From Bdellovibrionales bacterium (GTDB taxonomy: Bacteria > Bdellovibrionota > Bdellovibrionia > Bdellovibrionales > UBA1609), in contig CBDCMT010000001.1 of NCBI GenBank assembly GCA_965219095.1, positions 1,952,001 to 2,016,000 on the forward strand: a DNA stretch of 64,000 nt. Reading direction: 5' to 3'. The notes under the pieces are model-generated. The model saw only the letters and a program-made list of their open reading frames with translations, did not search any database and was not told the DNA's origin. The first letter of the stretch is position 1; each line of letters begins with the position of its first letter. Both the position numbers and the translations under genes were made by a program. Positions 11,001 through 20,274 of this stretch are shown here, in pieces.

Positions 11001-11027
11001 AGTAAAGATAGAAAGGAGCATCATTAA
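8010..11027 (+). CDS. actB: Alternative complex III subunit B (molybdopterin-oxidoreductase-like domain plus Fe-S domain)
   Basis: Tat motif RREFLKLMGAS, EGRPLKIEGNP, CTGCSACVVAC, CQHC..APCETVCP, CVGTRYCSNNCPY. Confidence 0.92.
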   Translation: MSKYWLTLEEWRHDGQLKSLAQDEFLSNPLDERQQGWQRREFLKLMGASIALSSLSCIRRPSETIIPYVKRPEEVIPGLSNYYCSSFSDGLESFSLLVKTKEGRPLKIEGNPDSPLHKGSVSARAQAHILSLYDPDRLKGPRRNLFNSSRSNKDTIRTSYEEADEMIVKALKEKKVALLTGTNLSPSLKYLTKQFCRKRDVKHFQWDTFDYSDVKKSQALCYGGRKILPRYHIEKARMIVSVGADFLGTYLAPVEMTRKFSYTRTPHSSMSQLIVFESLMSLTGTNSDVRKRVSPSDYLTVLMRLAYELVVVEGLGDVKGYFRKALEAYSQRDLGFSKEFWSQTAKNLWKHRGRSLVLASLDGSFKDALSLQIMANFLNSLLQNDGSIVDYEDTYRGALGETSHLLELTKALDEGSVETVIIYGLNLLYKAPYFKEALKKAKLVIYHGDRIDETGQLSDYILPHPHSMEYWSDEESVKELFHIQQPTIRPLYQTRPFQESLLSWAQKISSQKGFLASRDHYSFLRSYWRWGIYERYKSFIKKDFNDFWYDVLQKGFFDARKPKKLEKRKFRNYVLKQVLKEPSSYEGYELVLYPTIGLRDGSLANVSWLQEFPDPITKICWDNYLCLSPQEARKRQLREGQVVELKSGSHIVKVPIHIQPGQADGVLGLALGYGREFAGELASHVGVNAFEFMNLNNYKKVLSASFKVTEKHVPLANVQSHHSMEGRQIVVESTLKDFMKNPKNGRHDHKTFSLWKDHDYKGKKWAMAIDLNTCTGCSACVVACQSENNVPVVGKKYVLEGREMHWLRIDRYYKGSSEDPDTVFMPILCQHCDKAPCETVCPVAATVHSDEGTNDMIYNRCVGTRYCSNNCPYKVRRFNWFNYSKQNHKSPLNKQLNPEVTVRHRGVMEKCTFCIHRIKEKKALASQEGRALKDGEIQTACQQSCPTQAIVFGDMNDPKSRVSQLFKKESSYSLLEELNTQPSVRFQTKVRHVDKLKSKDRKEHH

Positions 11028-11030
11028 AGT

Positions 11031-12392
11031 ATGAAAAGAAAAGAGCTTATTTTAGGTCATAAATCTTTAAAAGATATTACAAATGATATTTGTGAATTAG
11101 CGGAAAGAACCCCTGGGCCTTCTTTTTTAGCAACTTTCTTATCAGCTAAGACTCTTCTTATCTTTTTTATTTGTGTTATGGGATTAATTGTAGCTAAGGG
11201 TATGGGACTTATGGGAGTTAATCATCCTGTAGGCTGGGGAACGGATATTGTTACTTTTGTTTTTTGGATTGGTATCGGTCATGCAGGAACTTTGATTTCA
11301 GCTATACTTTTTCTTTTTAGACAAAAATGGAGGACTTCTATTGCTAGAACAGCGGAAGCTATGACCGTTTTTGCTGTTATGACAGCAGGTTTGTTTCCTC
11401 TTTTACATACGGGAAGACCTTGGCTGGCTTACTGGTTGTTCCCTTATCCCAATCAGAGAGGTTCTTTATGGGTAAACTTTCGTTCTCCTCTTGTTTGGGA
11501 TGTGTTTGCTGTATCTACTTATGCTATTGTATCCATTGCGTTTTGGTACATTGGCATGGTCCCTGATCTAGCTTCCTTGAGAGATAGAGCTAAAAATAAA
11601 TTGAGAAAAACTTTCTATGGAGCTTTGTCTTTGGGCTGGCGTGGAACGGCTCGTGATTGGAATCATTATGAAATGGTGTATATGTTACTTGCAGCCTTAG
11701 CAACACCTCTGGTTTTATCTGTTCATAGTATTGTATCGTTTGATTTTGCTGTTTCTAATTTACCGGGCTGGCATACTACGATTTTTCCTCCTTATTTTGT
11801 GGCGGGAGCTATTTTCTCTGGTTTTGGTATGGTGGTGACCCTTATGGTAATTTTAAGAGAGGCTGTGCCTAAATTTAAAGACTACATTACCATAAATCAT
11901 ATGGAAAACATGAACAAAATCATTATGACAACAGGTCTTCTTGTGGGTTATGCTTATGCTTCTGAATTCTTTATGGCTTGGTATTCAGGATCTGCTTACG
12001 AAGGTTATACGTTTTTAAATAGGGCTTTCGGTCCTTACTGGTGGTCTTATTGGATTATGACAACTTGTAATGTATTCATTCCTCAAATCTTTTGGTTCAA
12101 GAAAATAAGACGTTCCATCCCTATTATGTTTATTGTTTCTATTTTTGTGAACATTGGTATGTGGTTTGAACGATTTGTAATCACAGTTACAAGTCTTCAT
12201 AGAGACTTTTTGCCTGCAAACTGGGGTCTGTTTAAGTTTACTTTTTTTGACATAGGAGCTGTTATAGGAAGTTTTGGTTTGTTTTTTACACTTTTTTTAA
12301 TTTTTACAAGGCTTTTACCTGCTATCTCAATTGCAGAAATTAAGCCAGTACGTCATGTAGGAAAAGAAAGGATCCTAAATGTCAAAAATTAA
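11031..12392 (+). CDS. actC: Alternative complex III subunit C (NrfD/PsrC family)
   Basis: [31 protein letters not shown], polytopic membrane protein. Confidence 0.92.
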   Translation: MKRKELILGHKSLKDITNDICELAERTPGPSFLATFLSAKTLLIFFICVMGLIVAKGMGLMGVNHPVGWGTDIVTFVFWIGIGHAGTLISAILFLFRQKWRTSIARTAEAMTVFAVMTAGLFPLLHTGRPWLAYWLFPYPNQRGSLWVNFRSPLVWDVFAVSTYAIVSIAFWYIGMVPDLASLRDRAKNKLRKTFYGALSLGWRGTARDWNHYEMVYMLLAALATPLVLSVHSIVSFDFAVSNLPGWHTTIFPPYFVAGAIFSGFGMVVTLMVILREAVPKFKDYITINHMENMNKIIMTTGLLVGYAYASEFFMAWYSGSAYEGYTFLNRAFGPYWWSYWIMTTCNVFIPQIFWFKKIRRSIPIMFIVSIFVNIGMWFERFVITVTSLHRDFLPANWGLFKFTFFDIGAVIGSFGLFFTLFLIFTRLLPAISIAEIKPVRHVGKERILNVKN

Positions 12393-12924
12393 AAATTACT
12401 TCTTTCCTCAAACAAGAAACATGATTTTTGGCCTATGGACTGATGAGTCTTTGTTTTTAAAAGCAAGTAAAAAGTTGGTTTCTTCTGGTTATAAAGATAT
12501 AGAAGCGATCACTCCTTATCCTGTTCATCATCTTGATCATACTTTAAAACTTAAACGTTCTTTTATTTCCTGGGTGAGTTTGTTTTTTGGTCTTTTAGGC
12601 TTTGGTTTTGGAACTTGGTTTACTTGGTGGACTTCTGCAATCAGTTGGCCTCTTAACATAGGAGGAAAACCTATGTGGTCTTTACCGGCCTTTATCCCTG
12701 TTATTTTTGAACTGACTATTTTGTTTGCAGCACTGAGTTCTGTGGGAGCTCTTATCTTGGCTTGTGGACTCCCTAGACTTAAACCTCATATTTTAGACCC
12801 TGATCTTAGCAGTCATAAATTTGCACTTATGATTTTTCAAGATGATCTTCAGTACGATAAAAAAACTTTAGAAACCCTTTTTAAAACAGAAGGTGCCATT
12901 GAGGTAAAAGAGGGTGTTTTTTAA
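12379..12924 (+). CDS. actD: Alternative complex III subunit D (DUF3341)
   Basis: [31 protein letters not shown]. Confidence 0.9.
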   Translation: MSKIKNYFFPQTRNMIFGLWTDESLFLKASKKLVSSGYKDIEAITPYPVHHLDHTLKLKRSFISWVSLFFGLLGFGFGTWFTWWTSAISWPLNIGGKPMWSLPAFIPVIFELTILFAALSSVGALILACGLPRLKPHILDPDLSSHKFALMIFQDDLQYDKKTLETLFKTEGAIEVKEGVF

Positions 12925-13455
12925 ATGCGATTTTTAAGAACTTTTATTTTTTCAATATCCTTGTTTTTATTGGCTTGTGGGGCAGGAAACAATAAAACAA
13001 ACGTGGAATTAATACAAGATATGATGAATCAGAAAAGTATAAAATCACAAGAGGAAATGCTTTATCCTCCTGAAAACACGATTCCGAGAGGTTACAAGTC
13101 TTATCCATATAAAATAGCTGAAGCGGATAAGGCGGAAAGAGAGTTGAAAAATCCTATTTATAACGTAAGGCTAGCAGATGTTCTATTACGAGGGAAAAAG
13201 AACTATGATTTCTATTGTTCTGTTTGTCACGGTTCTCGCGGAAAAGGAGAAAGTCTTGTAGGAGATCAGATGATTATAAAACCACCCTCTTTACTTTCAA
13301 AAAAAGTAAGAAAATTTAAAGATGGTCGCATCTTTCATATTATAACAAAGGGACAAGGCCTTATGGGTTCCTACATACAACAAATTCCAAAAAAAGCAGA
13401 TCGTTGGTCTGTAGTGAATTATGTTCGTAATTTACAAAGGTTTGAAAAGGAATAG
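12925..13455 (+). CDS. actE: Alternative complex III monoheme cytochrome c lipoprotein
   Basis: Lipobox LLAC, DMMNQ, CSVCHG, DGRIFHIITKG.GLM. Confidence 0.88.
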   Translation: MRFLRTFIFSISLFLLACGAGNNKTNVELIQDMMNQKSIKSQEEMLYPPENTIPRGYKSYPYKIAEADKAERELKNPIYNVRLADVLLRGKKNYDFYCSVCHGSRGKGESLVGDQMIIKPPSLLSKKVRKFKDGRIFHIITKGQGLMGSYIQQIPKKADRWSVVNYVRNLQRFEKE

Positions 13456-13458
13456 AGT

Positions 13459-14643
13459 ATGGCTGTAAAACCTCCCAAATTTTTTGAATTAGATATAAAT
13501 TTACAGAAAATATATGCTAGTTTTATGTTCTTAGGTCTTATAGCTTTTGTTGTGACAGTTATACATGATCCTATAAGAGCTTGGAGTAGTTATTTAGTGT
13601 CTTTGTTTTACTTTATTTCTTTGGCTCTGGGAGGTGTTTTCTTTACATCATTGCAACACTTGACAAAAGCAAGCTGGAGTGTGGGACTCCGAAGAGTACC
13701 TGAGAGTTGTATTAACTTTTTAAAACCCAGCTTTTTGTTGACAATTGTTTTTTTGATCTTAGGGTCTTATTATCTTTATGAATGGATGCATGTAGATATC
13801 GTAAAAAAAGACTATCTCTTACAGCATAAACAGAGTTATTTGAATGTTCCTTTCTTTTTTACAAGAGTCATCATCTCTTTTGTATTATGGCTTTTGTTAG
13901 GCTATAAAATGCTTTCAAACTCTTTAAAACAAGACGAAACAGGGGATGTTCAATTGACGAAAAAGAATGTTATCTTGTCTGTTCTTTTTATTTTAATTTT
14001 TACGATCACTTTTTCTATTTTTAGTATTGATATGCTTATGTCATTAGAGCCTCATTGGTTTAGCACAATTATAGGGGTTTACACTTTTGCAGGACTCTTT
14101 CAATCGTCTTTAGCAGCTTTTATTTTAATTTTACTGTACTTGATGAAGAAGGGTTATTTAGATCAAATTGTCACTGTAAACCATCTTCATGATTTAGGGA
14201 AATTTCTCTTTGGTTTTACTGTGTTCTGGGCTTATATAGCTTTTAGCCAGTTTATGTTGATTTGGTATGCTAACATTCCTGAGACATCGTTTTATTACTT
14301 AACAAGAACAACAGGATCTTGGGTTTGGGTTTCTTTGTTTCTTATACTTTTCAAATTTGTTATTCCTTTCTTTGCACTTCTACCTCGCTGGGCTAAAAGA
14401 ACACCTTCTTATTTAGGGGGAGTTTGTATTCTCATTCTTTTTACTCAGTATGTAGACATTTATTGGCTTGTGTACCCTAGCTTCTACGATCATCTTGTCT
14501 TTGGTTTATCTGAAGTGATTATCTTTTTAGGCTTCTTAGGAGTCTTTTTATGGTCTATACTTACTTTTTTTCAAAAACAAAGCCTTATTCCCTTAAAGGA
14601 TCCCAGGCTCAAAGAAAGCATATCTCACGAGGTCAATTACTAA
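13459..14643 (+). CDS. actF: Alternative complex III subunit F
   Basis: MSLEPHWFST, HDLGKFLFGF..FWAYIAFSQFMLIWYANIPE. Confidence 0.9.
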   Translation: MAVKPPKFFELDINLQKIYASFMFLGLIAFVVTVIHDPIRAWSSYLVSLFYFISLALGGVFFTSLQHLTKASWSVGLRRVPESCINFLKPSFLLTIVFLILGSYYLYEWMHVDIVKKDYLLQHKQSYLNVPFFFTRVIISFVLWLLLGYKMLSNSLKQDETGDVQLTKKNVILSVLFILIFTITFSIFSIDMLMSLEPHWFSTIIGVYTFAGLFQSSLAAFILILLYLMKKGYLDQIVTVNHLHDLGKFLFGFTVFWAYIAFSQFMLIWYANIPETSFYYLTRTTGSWVWVSLFLILFKFVIPFFALLPRWAKRTPSYLGGVCILILFTQYVDIYWLVYPSFYDHLVFGLSEVIIFLGFLGVFLWSILTFFQKQSLIPLKDPRLKESISHEVNY

Positions 14644-14772
14644 GAAAATCCTAACGTCAAGGGAGATCCAGTGCGACTATTTTATTATCATACGCCTCTA
14701 TCAAGAAAGATTTTAAGACCTTCATAGCAAAACATTTCATTAGATCATTACACAACAATGATTTAAAAAAAA

Positions 14773-15000
14773 GCCTCCTCAAAAGAATCTGTGGGTTTCC
14801 GGAGGTTCTGGCAGTTTTCCAATGCTGTGATATAAGGCTCTTTTTTAGAGCTTTAGAGGTTTTAAAACCGTAAGATTTTCTCATAGTGAGGTTTACTTTG
14901 TTGTTTAAACCCTCTACTCTCCCTAAAGAGAAGGCTTTTTTAGCCTTGAAGTAATTAAGAATAAGTGGCTTATTTTTTCGTATTGTTTTTGCTTCTCTTT
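14773..15000 (-). mobile_element. ISL3 3' remnant (IRR plus decayed transposase C-terminus)
   Basis: REAKTIR.NK.LILNYFKAKK..S.G.VEGLNNKV followed by the IRR; diverged and frameshifted. Confidence 0.85.
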
Positions 15001-15025
15001 CTGTTTTTAGAGGAGACAAATTTTC

Positions 15026-16129
15026 GGTTTTGTTGCATGCTGAGCCTTTGAGCTTAACTAAGGTCTAGCGATTCATTGATAAACACAAGAGCTTTCCTGT
15101 AACCTAAGACCCTTAGAAATACAAAACAAGGATGGTTTGGAGGTTTTATGAGAAACTGTTCTAAAAAGATCGATTGGAAAAAATATAATAAAGAACTCGT
15201 TAAGCGTGGTTTTATTACTTTTTTGTTTTCTGATCAGGTATTAAAAGGGTGGTGTGTACAAGCTAAAGGTGTCAAAGGTTTCCAACAGATTTACTCTGAT
15301 GTAGCTATTGAGACATTAGTTGTTATACGTGAGCGTTTTGCAGGTTTTCTTCGTGCTACTCAAGGATTAGCACAGAGCATTATTTTATGGGAATTGACCT
15401 TCCCATACTTGATTACAGTACTGTATGTCGTCGTTTAAAGGACTGCTCTATAGAACTAGGGAAGATTAAATCAAAAGAGAACATGTAGTTGTGATTGATT
15501 CTACAGGCGTAAAAATTTATGGAGATGGAGAGTGGAGAGCAAAGAAGCATGGTCCTTCAAAAAGAAGAACTTGGAAAAAGCTTTATCTATGTGTTGATGA
15601 AAAAAATGGCCAGATTGTAGCATCTACTCTAACGGACAATTCTCTTGGTGATTCGGAAATTTTTGGAGATTTATTGGGAGGTCTTGAAGATCATATTTTC
15701 AAAGTCAGAGTAGTCCAGAGCTTATGATACTAAGAGTTGTTGGGATCATTAGTGAAAGAAAATATTCAAGCTGTAATTCCTCCAAGGAAAGGAGCCAGGA
15801 TAAACCAACAGGGAAATAACAAATCTTCACTAAAACAAAGAGATAAAGCGATCCGATCTATACGTAAAAAAGGTAAAGAAGTTAGAAAAAAAGAAAATAA
15901 TTACGCCTCGTCGTTCTATTGCTGAAACGACTATGTATCGATTCAACAACTTCTTAGGATCAAAACTTAATTCAAGAAATTTTATGAATCAAGCTCATGA
16001 AGCCTTCATAAAATGCAAGATTCTCAATCAAATGAAAACTCCTTCAGCTATCAGACTCCAAGTTCAATAGAAATGATGTCGCCTCAAGTGGAAACAACTT
16101 GATCTAAAACGCTTATGTACAACAAAGCC
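15026..16129 (+). mobile_element. IS5-family (IS903 group) element, transposase pseudogene
   Basis: TIRs ggttttgttg.../...caacaaagcc. Fragments DWKKYNKELVKRG.ITF, IDSTGVKIYGDGEW..KKHG..KRRTWKKL, VIPPRK. Confidence 0.85.
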
Positions 16130-16154
16130 TCTTCCTAAAATAAAATCCCACTAA

Positions 16155-16290
16155 TTTAAGCTCCCGTCTATAACTTTTTCTGTTTTTTGAGACCAACGAG
16201 AGTGAGGGACTTTTGGATTAACGTTGACATAAAAACCATACTTTTTAGGGGCCATTTGTTGCCATAAACCCAAGTCTTTTATGAGTAAAT
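16155..16290 (-). pseudogene. msrP: Remnant of msrP (yedY) C-terminus
   Basis: Minus strand reads [33 protein letters not shown], matching the MsrP motif AP.EYGFY.NVNP.V.HPRWSQ. Confidence 0.7.
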
Positions 16291-16301
16291 TCTTTTTTTT
16301 C

Positions 16302-16349
16302 GCCTCCTCAAAAGAACCTCCGAGAACCTACAAATTCTTTTGATGAGGC
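16302..16349. mobile_element. 48-bp ISL3-derived micro-element, second copy
   Basis: Reverse complement of 1449-1496 with 4 substitutions. Confidence 0.8.
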
Positions 16350-16361
16350 AAAAATTTTTTG

Positions 16362-18182
16362 TTAAAAAAGAAGATGACAAGAAAGGACTTTTGAATTTTG
16401 AACTTGCTTACTCATTTTGCTTTCAAAAAGAGAATCTCTGACAAGTTTAGACTTCTCTCTTCTTCTTATCGCATTGTGAAAAAATTTTTTCCAATTAGGA
16501 TATTCTTTATTTAACTTTTTTATAATAGCTTTATTGATAATATGCTTTTCCAACAAAGTTTGAAGTAATTTTCCATTTTGAACTCTGATCAAGAGATGAA
16601 TAAGAGCATATTCAAAATGCTTAAGAGAAACGTCCAGTTTGAACCATTCTTGAACAACAGTTTCCCATGCATAGCTTTTTTTCTTAATTGAATCTAAAAT
16701 AATCTCTTTATAAACATACTCTACATCTTTATTACTGACTTTACCGCTCAACCATTTACGGTTTATTGTTCTGCTTAACCTTTCTATTAAGGCTTTTTCT
16801 GGATTCCAACTCCAGTCTTTGTCATCTCTAATCAAAAACTCGAAAAAATCTATGAAACTTTTGTTAAAGATTTCAGGAATCACTTTCAATGCAGCTTTGT
16901 TGAAAAATATAACACTACTATTATAAAGATTGTTGTCCATTAATGTGAAGTCAATCCCCTCTCTTGCTTCAGGATGTACATGAAAACGGACCGTAAAATC
17001 AGTTCCCCGTATCCCTTCCTTTCCTCTCAATGTGTAAAAGCCTTTTTCATAATCTCCTGTAATATTGTTTCTAGAAACAAAAACATTAGGCCTTCCTGTA
17101 AAAGATCTTATGATCATTTCATAAATTGTAAAGTTACTGATGCCATAAGAAGCTGTAGTAAAATCGATACTGTGAGAGACTATCTTTAGCCCCAGTTCAT
17201 TAGCGTTTTTACTTGCTCCTTCTTCTATTTTCTTAGTTTTTAAAGGTTCTTTATTAAACCACCAAGCAAGACTTCCCCTTTTCTTTTTATTGCTTTCCAT
17301 ACTTATCAGCTTTTCTCTTAAACCTAATTCATCAAGTATTTTCCAAGATTTCTCCAAATCAATATTTTTCGTAAATAATTTTCTTACATTCATTTCCCAC
17401 CAAAACTTCTCATAGCTTGTTTTTAATTCTGAAGCTGAAAACTCTCTTATAATTTCTTTAATTCCCTCTAAGTCCTCTTTTTTAGGAGCTAGTTTATACT
17501 GAAACATTTTAATCAAATAACGAATAACTGAAAACATTTCAGGATTTACACTCTCCCCATGATTTTTTGAAAAATAATAGCTTATTTCTCCTTTGAGAAT
17601 ATCTTTTAAAAAAAAGAGATCTTCAGAACCCCATTCTCTTATACTTCTAATTATAGGCTCTTCAGACTTTGTCAGCTCTACCATTATCGCAGAATAAGAA
17701 TCAGTATACTGCTTTATACCTTTCTTTCTAATGTTTTTTAAAGCTCTTACTTTCCAAATACTTTCATTGCTGTTTTGTTGAAAGTAAGGAAACTTTTTAG
17801 AGAGTGCTTTTTTCATTATGCGAGCCTTTTTATCTGACCCATCTATGACTATAACTATATGTTGATCAAAGCGATAGATGTTCATGTAATCGTAATCAAA
17901 GCGTTCTTCTTGAAATTCAAACCATCTGTCTTCCCTCTTTGTTTTTCGCTCTAGATCTTTTTTCACATAGTACACTAAACCAGAAGCTGCGTCCTCAAAA
18001 AGCCAGGCCCTCACTTTCATTTTTTTAGCTAATTTCGTGATGTATTGAATTTCTGAATTTTGAATGAAAGCTTCTTTAATAGCTTGAGTAAACTTATCTA
18101 AGCTTATAGGAGCTTCTGAAAAAGTTTTCTGTGAGAAAAATACAGAGAAACTTAAAGTAAAAAAAAAAGTTTTAAAGTTCAT
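16362..18182 (-). CDS. Secreted hypothetical protein, 606 aa (possible degenerate nucleotidyltransferase-like N-domain)
   Basis: N-terminal signal peptide; long ORF; C-terminal SCHLLF. Confidence 0.7.
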   Translation of the reverse strand: MNFKTFFFTLSFSVFFSQKTFSEAPISLDKFTQAIKEAFIQNSEIQYITKLAKKMKVRAWLFEDAASGLVYYVKKDLERKTKREDRWFEFQEERFDYDYMNIYRFDQHIVIVIDGSDKKARIMKKALSKKFPYFQQNSNESIWKVRALKNIRKKGIKQYTDSYSAIMVELTKSEEPIIRSIREWGSEDLFFLKDILKGEISYYFSKNHGESVNPEMFSVIRYLIKMFQYKLAPKKEDLEGIKEIIREFSASELKTSYEKFWWEMNVRKLFTKNIDLEKSWKILDELGLREKLISMESNKKKRGSLAWWFNKEPLKTKKIEEGASKNANELGLKIVSHSIDFTTASYGISNFTIYEMIIRSFTGRPNVFVSRNNITGDYEKGFYTLRGKEGIRGTDFTVRFHVHPEAREGIDFTLMDNNLYNSSVIFFNKAALKVIPEIFNKSFIDFFEFLIRDDKDWSWNPEKALIERLSRTINRKWLSGKVSNKDVEYVYKEIILDSIKKKSYAWETVVQEWFKLDVSLKHFEYALIHLLIRVQNGKLLQTLLEKHIINKAIIKKLNKEYPNWKKFFHNAIRRREKSKLVRDSLFESKMSKQVQNSKVLSCHLLF

Positions 18183-18299
18183 AAAATCATATCCCTTAAA
18201 TCATGTTATCATGCACCCCTTTATAAATAAATAAAAAAAATTTAATTATATCTTTTACTATATTTTTACAGGCCTTTTGTAAACTTTATAGACTGCCTT

Positions 18300-18334
18300 G
18301 GCTTTGTTGTATGCTGAGCCTTTTTGAGTTGAAC
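18300..18334 (+). mobile_element. Isolated left end of the IS903-like element
   Basis: ggctttgttgtatgctgagcc.. matches 15026-15060. Confidence 0.7.
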
Positions 18335-18388
18335 CTCCAAAAGAGGAAAGGGATGGGATGCTTACCCTTTATACACTTCTATGAAATA

Positions 18389-19000
18389 ATGGAATGGAAA
18401 AAAATTAAAGCAGTTCTCATTGATCATTTATTAAAAAAAAGTCGTAGTGTAATATGTGTAGAAGTTCCTTTCTTAGGAGGGAAAAGGTGGGCAGATATTG
18501 TAGAACTCAAAGAAAACTCATTGATAGCTTATGAGATAAAAAGCGAACTTGATTCTTTTACTAAGCTAAAAGAACAACTATATGATTACGTAAATACATT
18601 TAATGAAGTTTATGTAATTCTATCGAAAAAATTTATTGGTAAGCATAAAGATTTACCTAAAAGTGTTGGTTATTTTTGGGTTGATCCTAATGAAGGAATA
18701 ACTTATATTGAAGAGAAATCCTAAAAGAAAAATTCTTCTCTCCAAAGAAAAAAGTCTAAGCTATTTTCTTTGGAGAGAAGATATGCCACGAGAACTAAAA
18801 AATAGCAAACTTTCCATGGGACTGATAAGAAATAAAGTTATGCAAACAAGCACTAATAAAGATATTCATAGTTTGGCAATAAAGGCATTAAAAAAACGTT
18901 ATAAAGGTATAGATTTGAATTGTTTTTAAGAGAAAAAAGTCAGAAAACTCACTTCTCAGAAATAAGTGTTCTTATAAAGAAAGAGATAAGTATTGGTTAA
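18389..19000 (+). pseudogene. Sce7726-family PD-(D/E)xK nuclease-like gene, frameshifted twice
   Basis: EVPF....RWADIV......AYEIKSELDS..KL.EQL.DY...F.EVYVI; continues in other frames to a stop at 19000. Confidence 0.7.
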
Positions 19001-19050
19001 GCTTTTTAAGCCTAAAATATTGACGTGTCATTGTAAATTTGCCCGAACAG

Positions 19051-19228
19051 CTATCCAGTGAGAGGGGCTTTTTCCTCTTCAAGAGAAAGCTTGGAATGTT
19101 TGATGCTGTTCTCATAATCATTTATTATTAAAAGGCTTATTCCACCTTCTTTATACTTCTGAAGCCATCGGTTAATAGAACTGGGATCAAGAAAAAATAG
19201 CTCCCATATCTTACGCTGACTATAACCA
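19051..19228 (-). mobile_element. IS630-family transposase N-terminal HTH fragment
   Basis: GYSQRKI.ELFFLDPSSINRWLQKYKEGGI..L..NDY, similar to the N-terminus at 40199. Confidence 0.6.
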
Positions 19229-19272
19229 TGATCTTCCCCCAAAAAAGTGGACAGTTTTTTGGGGGAAGATCA
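19229..19272. mobile_element. 44-bp IS3-type micro-element
   Basis: tgatcttcccccaaaaaa-gtggacag-ttttttgggggaagatca: 18-bp perfect arms, TG...CA ends, resembles the IS3 IRL at 27089-27116. Confidence 0.7.
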
Positions 19273-19536
19273 GATTACCCTAAACAATGCTTCCATAATC
19301 AGCATTTTGAAGGTCAATAAAAGCTTAGGTTGATATTTTCTTTTGCTGTATCTAAAATTTAAAAAGAATCTGGTAACTTTCTTAGTGAAGCAAGATGCAT
19401 TGAATTTAATTAACAACAAACCCAAAATATCTTGACTAAAGAACACCTTATGAGGTTATGATGAAAAAATAGTTTTTACTGGGTTGTTACAGTTAGGGTG
19501 GCTTAAGTCGGCTTTTTTGTAATTTCAGGACAAGGT

Positions 19537-20274
19537 GTGAGTATGAAATTTTTGAAATTTTCTTGCTTTTTAAGTGTTTTTTGCTTTTTATCCTCTCTCC
19601 AAGCCTTAGAACTCTCTTTGCCCCTTTCCTCTGTGTCTCAAAGTGAGATTTTAACTCAAATAGCCCCACATCTGTCTCAAAATTTTTTAACAACAAGCTT
19701 AGCTTTAGGTTCAAGAGAAAAAGGACGTTTAGGTTTTTTGTACAAAACTGTAGATGTTTCTAAACTGAGTTTCGTTAAGGACAACTCCTCTCTCTATATA
19801 CTTCAGTGGTTTGCGACTAAAGGACTTTACAGAAATTTTGATGTTTTCTTTCAAAGCTCATCCCTTTTAAGAGATCCTGATATCAATACTCATAGTCTAG
19901 GCTTGAAATGGTCCTTTTGGCATTCACAAAAATTTCCCTTTGCTTTAGCTTTTTTGACTCACATTCAGTGGGCTCATATTTTAGGTTATTTGCATACAAA
20001 AACCTTAGGCTATAGTCTAGTTTTAGGATTGGAGTTAACAGGAGCGAGTTCTTTTTATTTAGGTTTAGGTTTAACAGATACATCAGTGATGTTTCAAGGA
20101 ACTTATCAGGGTCTTCAAATTACAGAAAGCTCTGAAAAGGAAGAAAAAAATAAGAATCAATGGAAGACTTTTATAGGATTTTACCAAGAGATAGGGAAAA
20201 AGTTTTTTGTTGCAACAGAGGCAAGTTACTTTAAAAACTTATCCTACGCCTTTAAAGCAGGTTTAACTTTTTAA
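19537..20274 (+). CDS. Exported protein, probable outer-membrane beta-barrel
   Basis: Signal peptide (LQA|LE), amphipathic strands, C-terminal YAFKAGLTF. Confidence 0.6.
   Translation: MSMKFLKFSCFLSVFCFLSSLQALELSLPLSSVSQSEILTQIAPHLSQNFLTTSLALGSREKGRLGFLYKTVDVSKLSFVKDNSSLYILQWFATKGLYRNFDVFFQSSSLLRDPDINTHSLGLKWSFWHSQKFPFALAFLTHIQWAHILGYLHTKTLGYSLVLGLELTGASSFYLGLGLTDTSVMFQGTYQGLQITESSEKEEKNKNQWKTFIGFYQEIGKKFFVATEASYFKNLSYAFKAGLTF

Noticed and set aside
14657..15019. 120-aa ORF as a real gene
   Set aside because: A chimera of a decayed ISL3 tail and flanking DNA.
18311..18388. N-terminus of the Sce7726-like ORF
   Set aside because: It begins within an IS903-like end, so it is a chance read-through.
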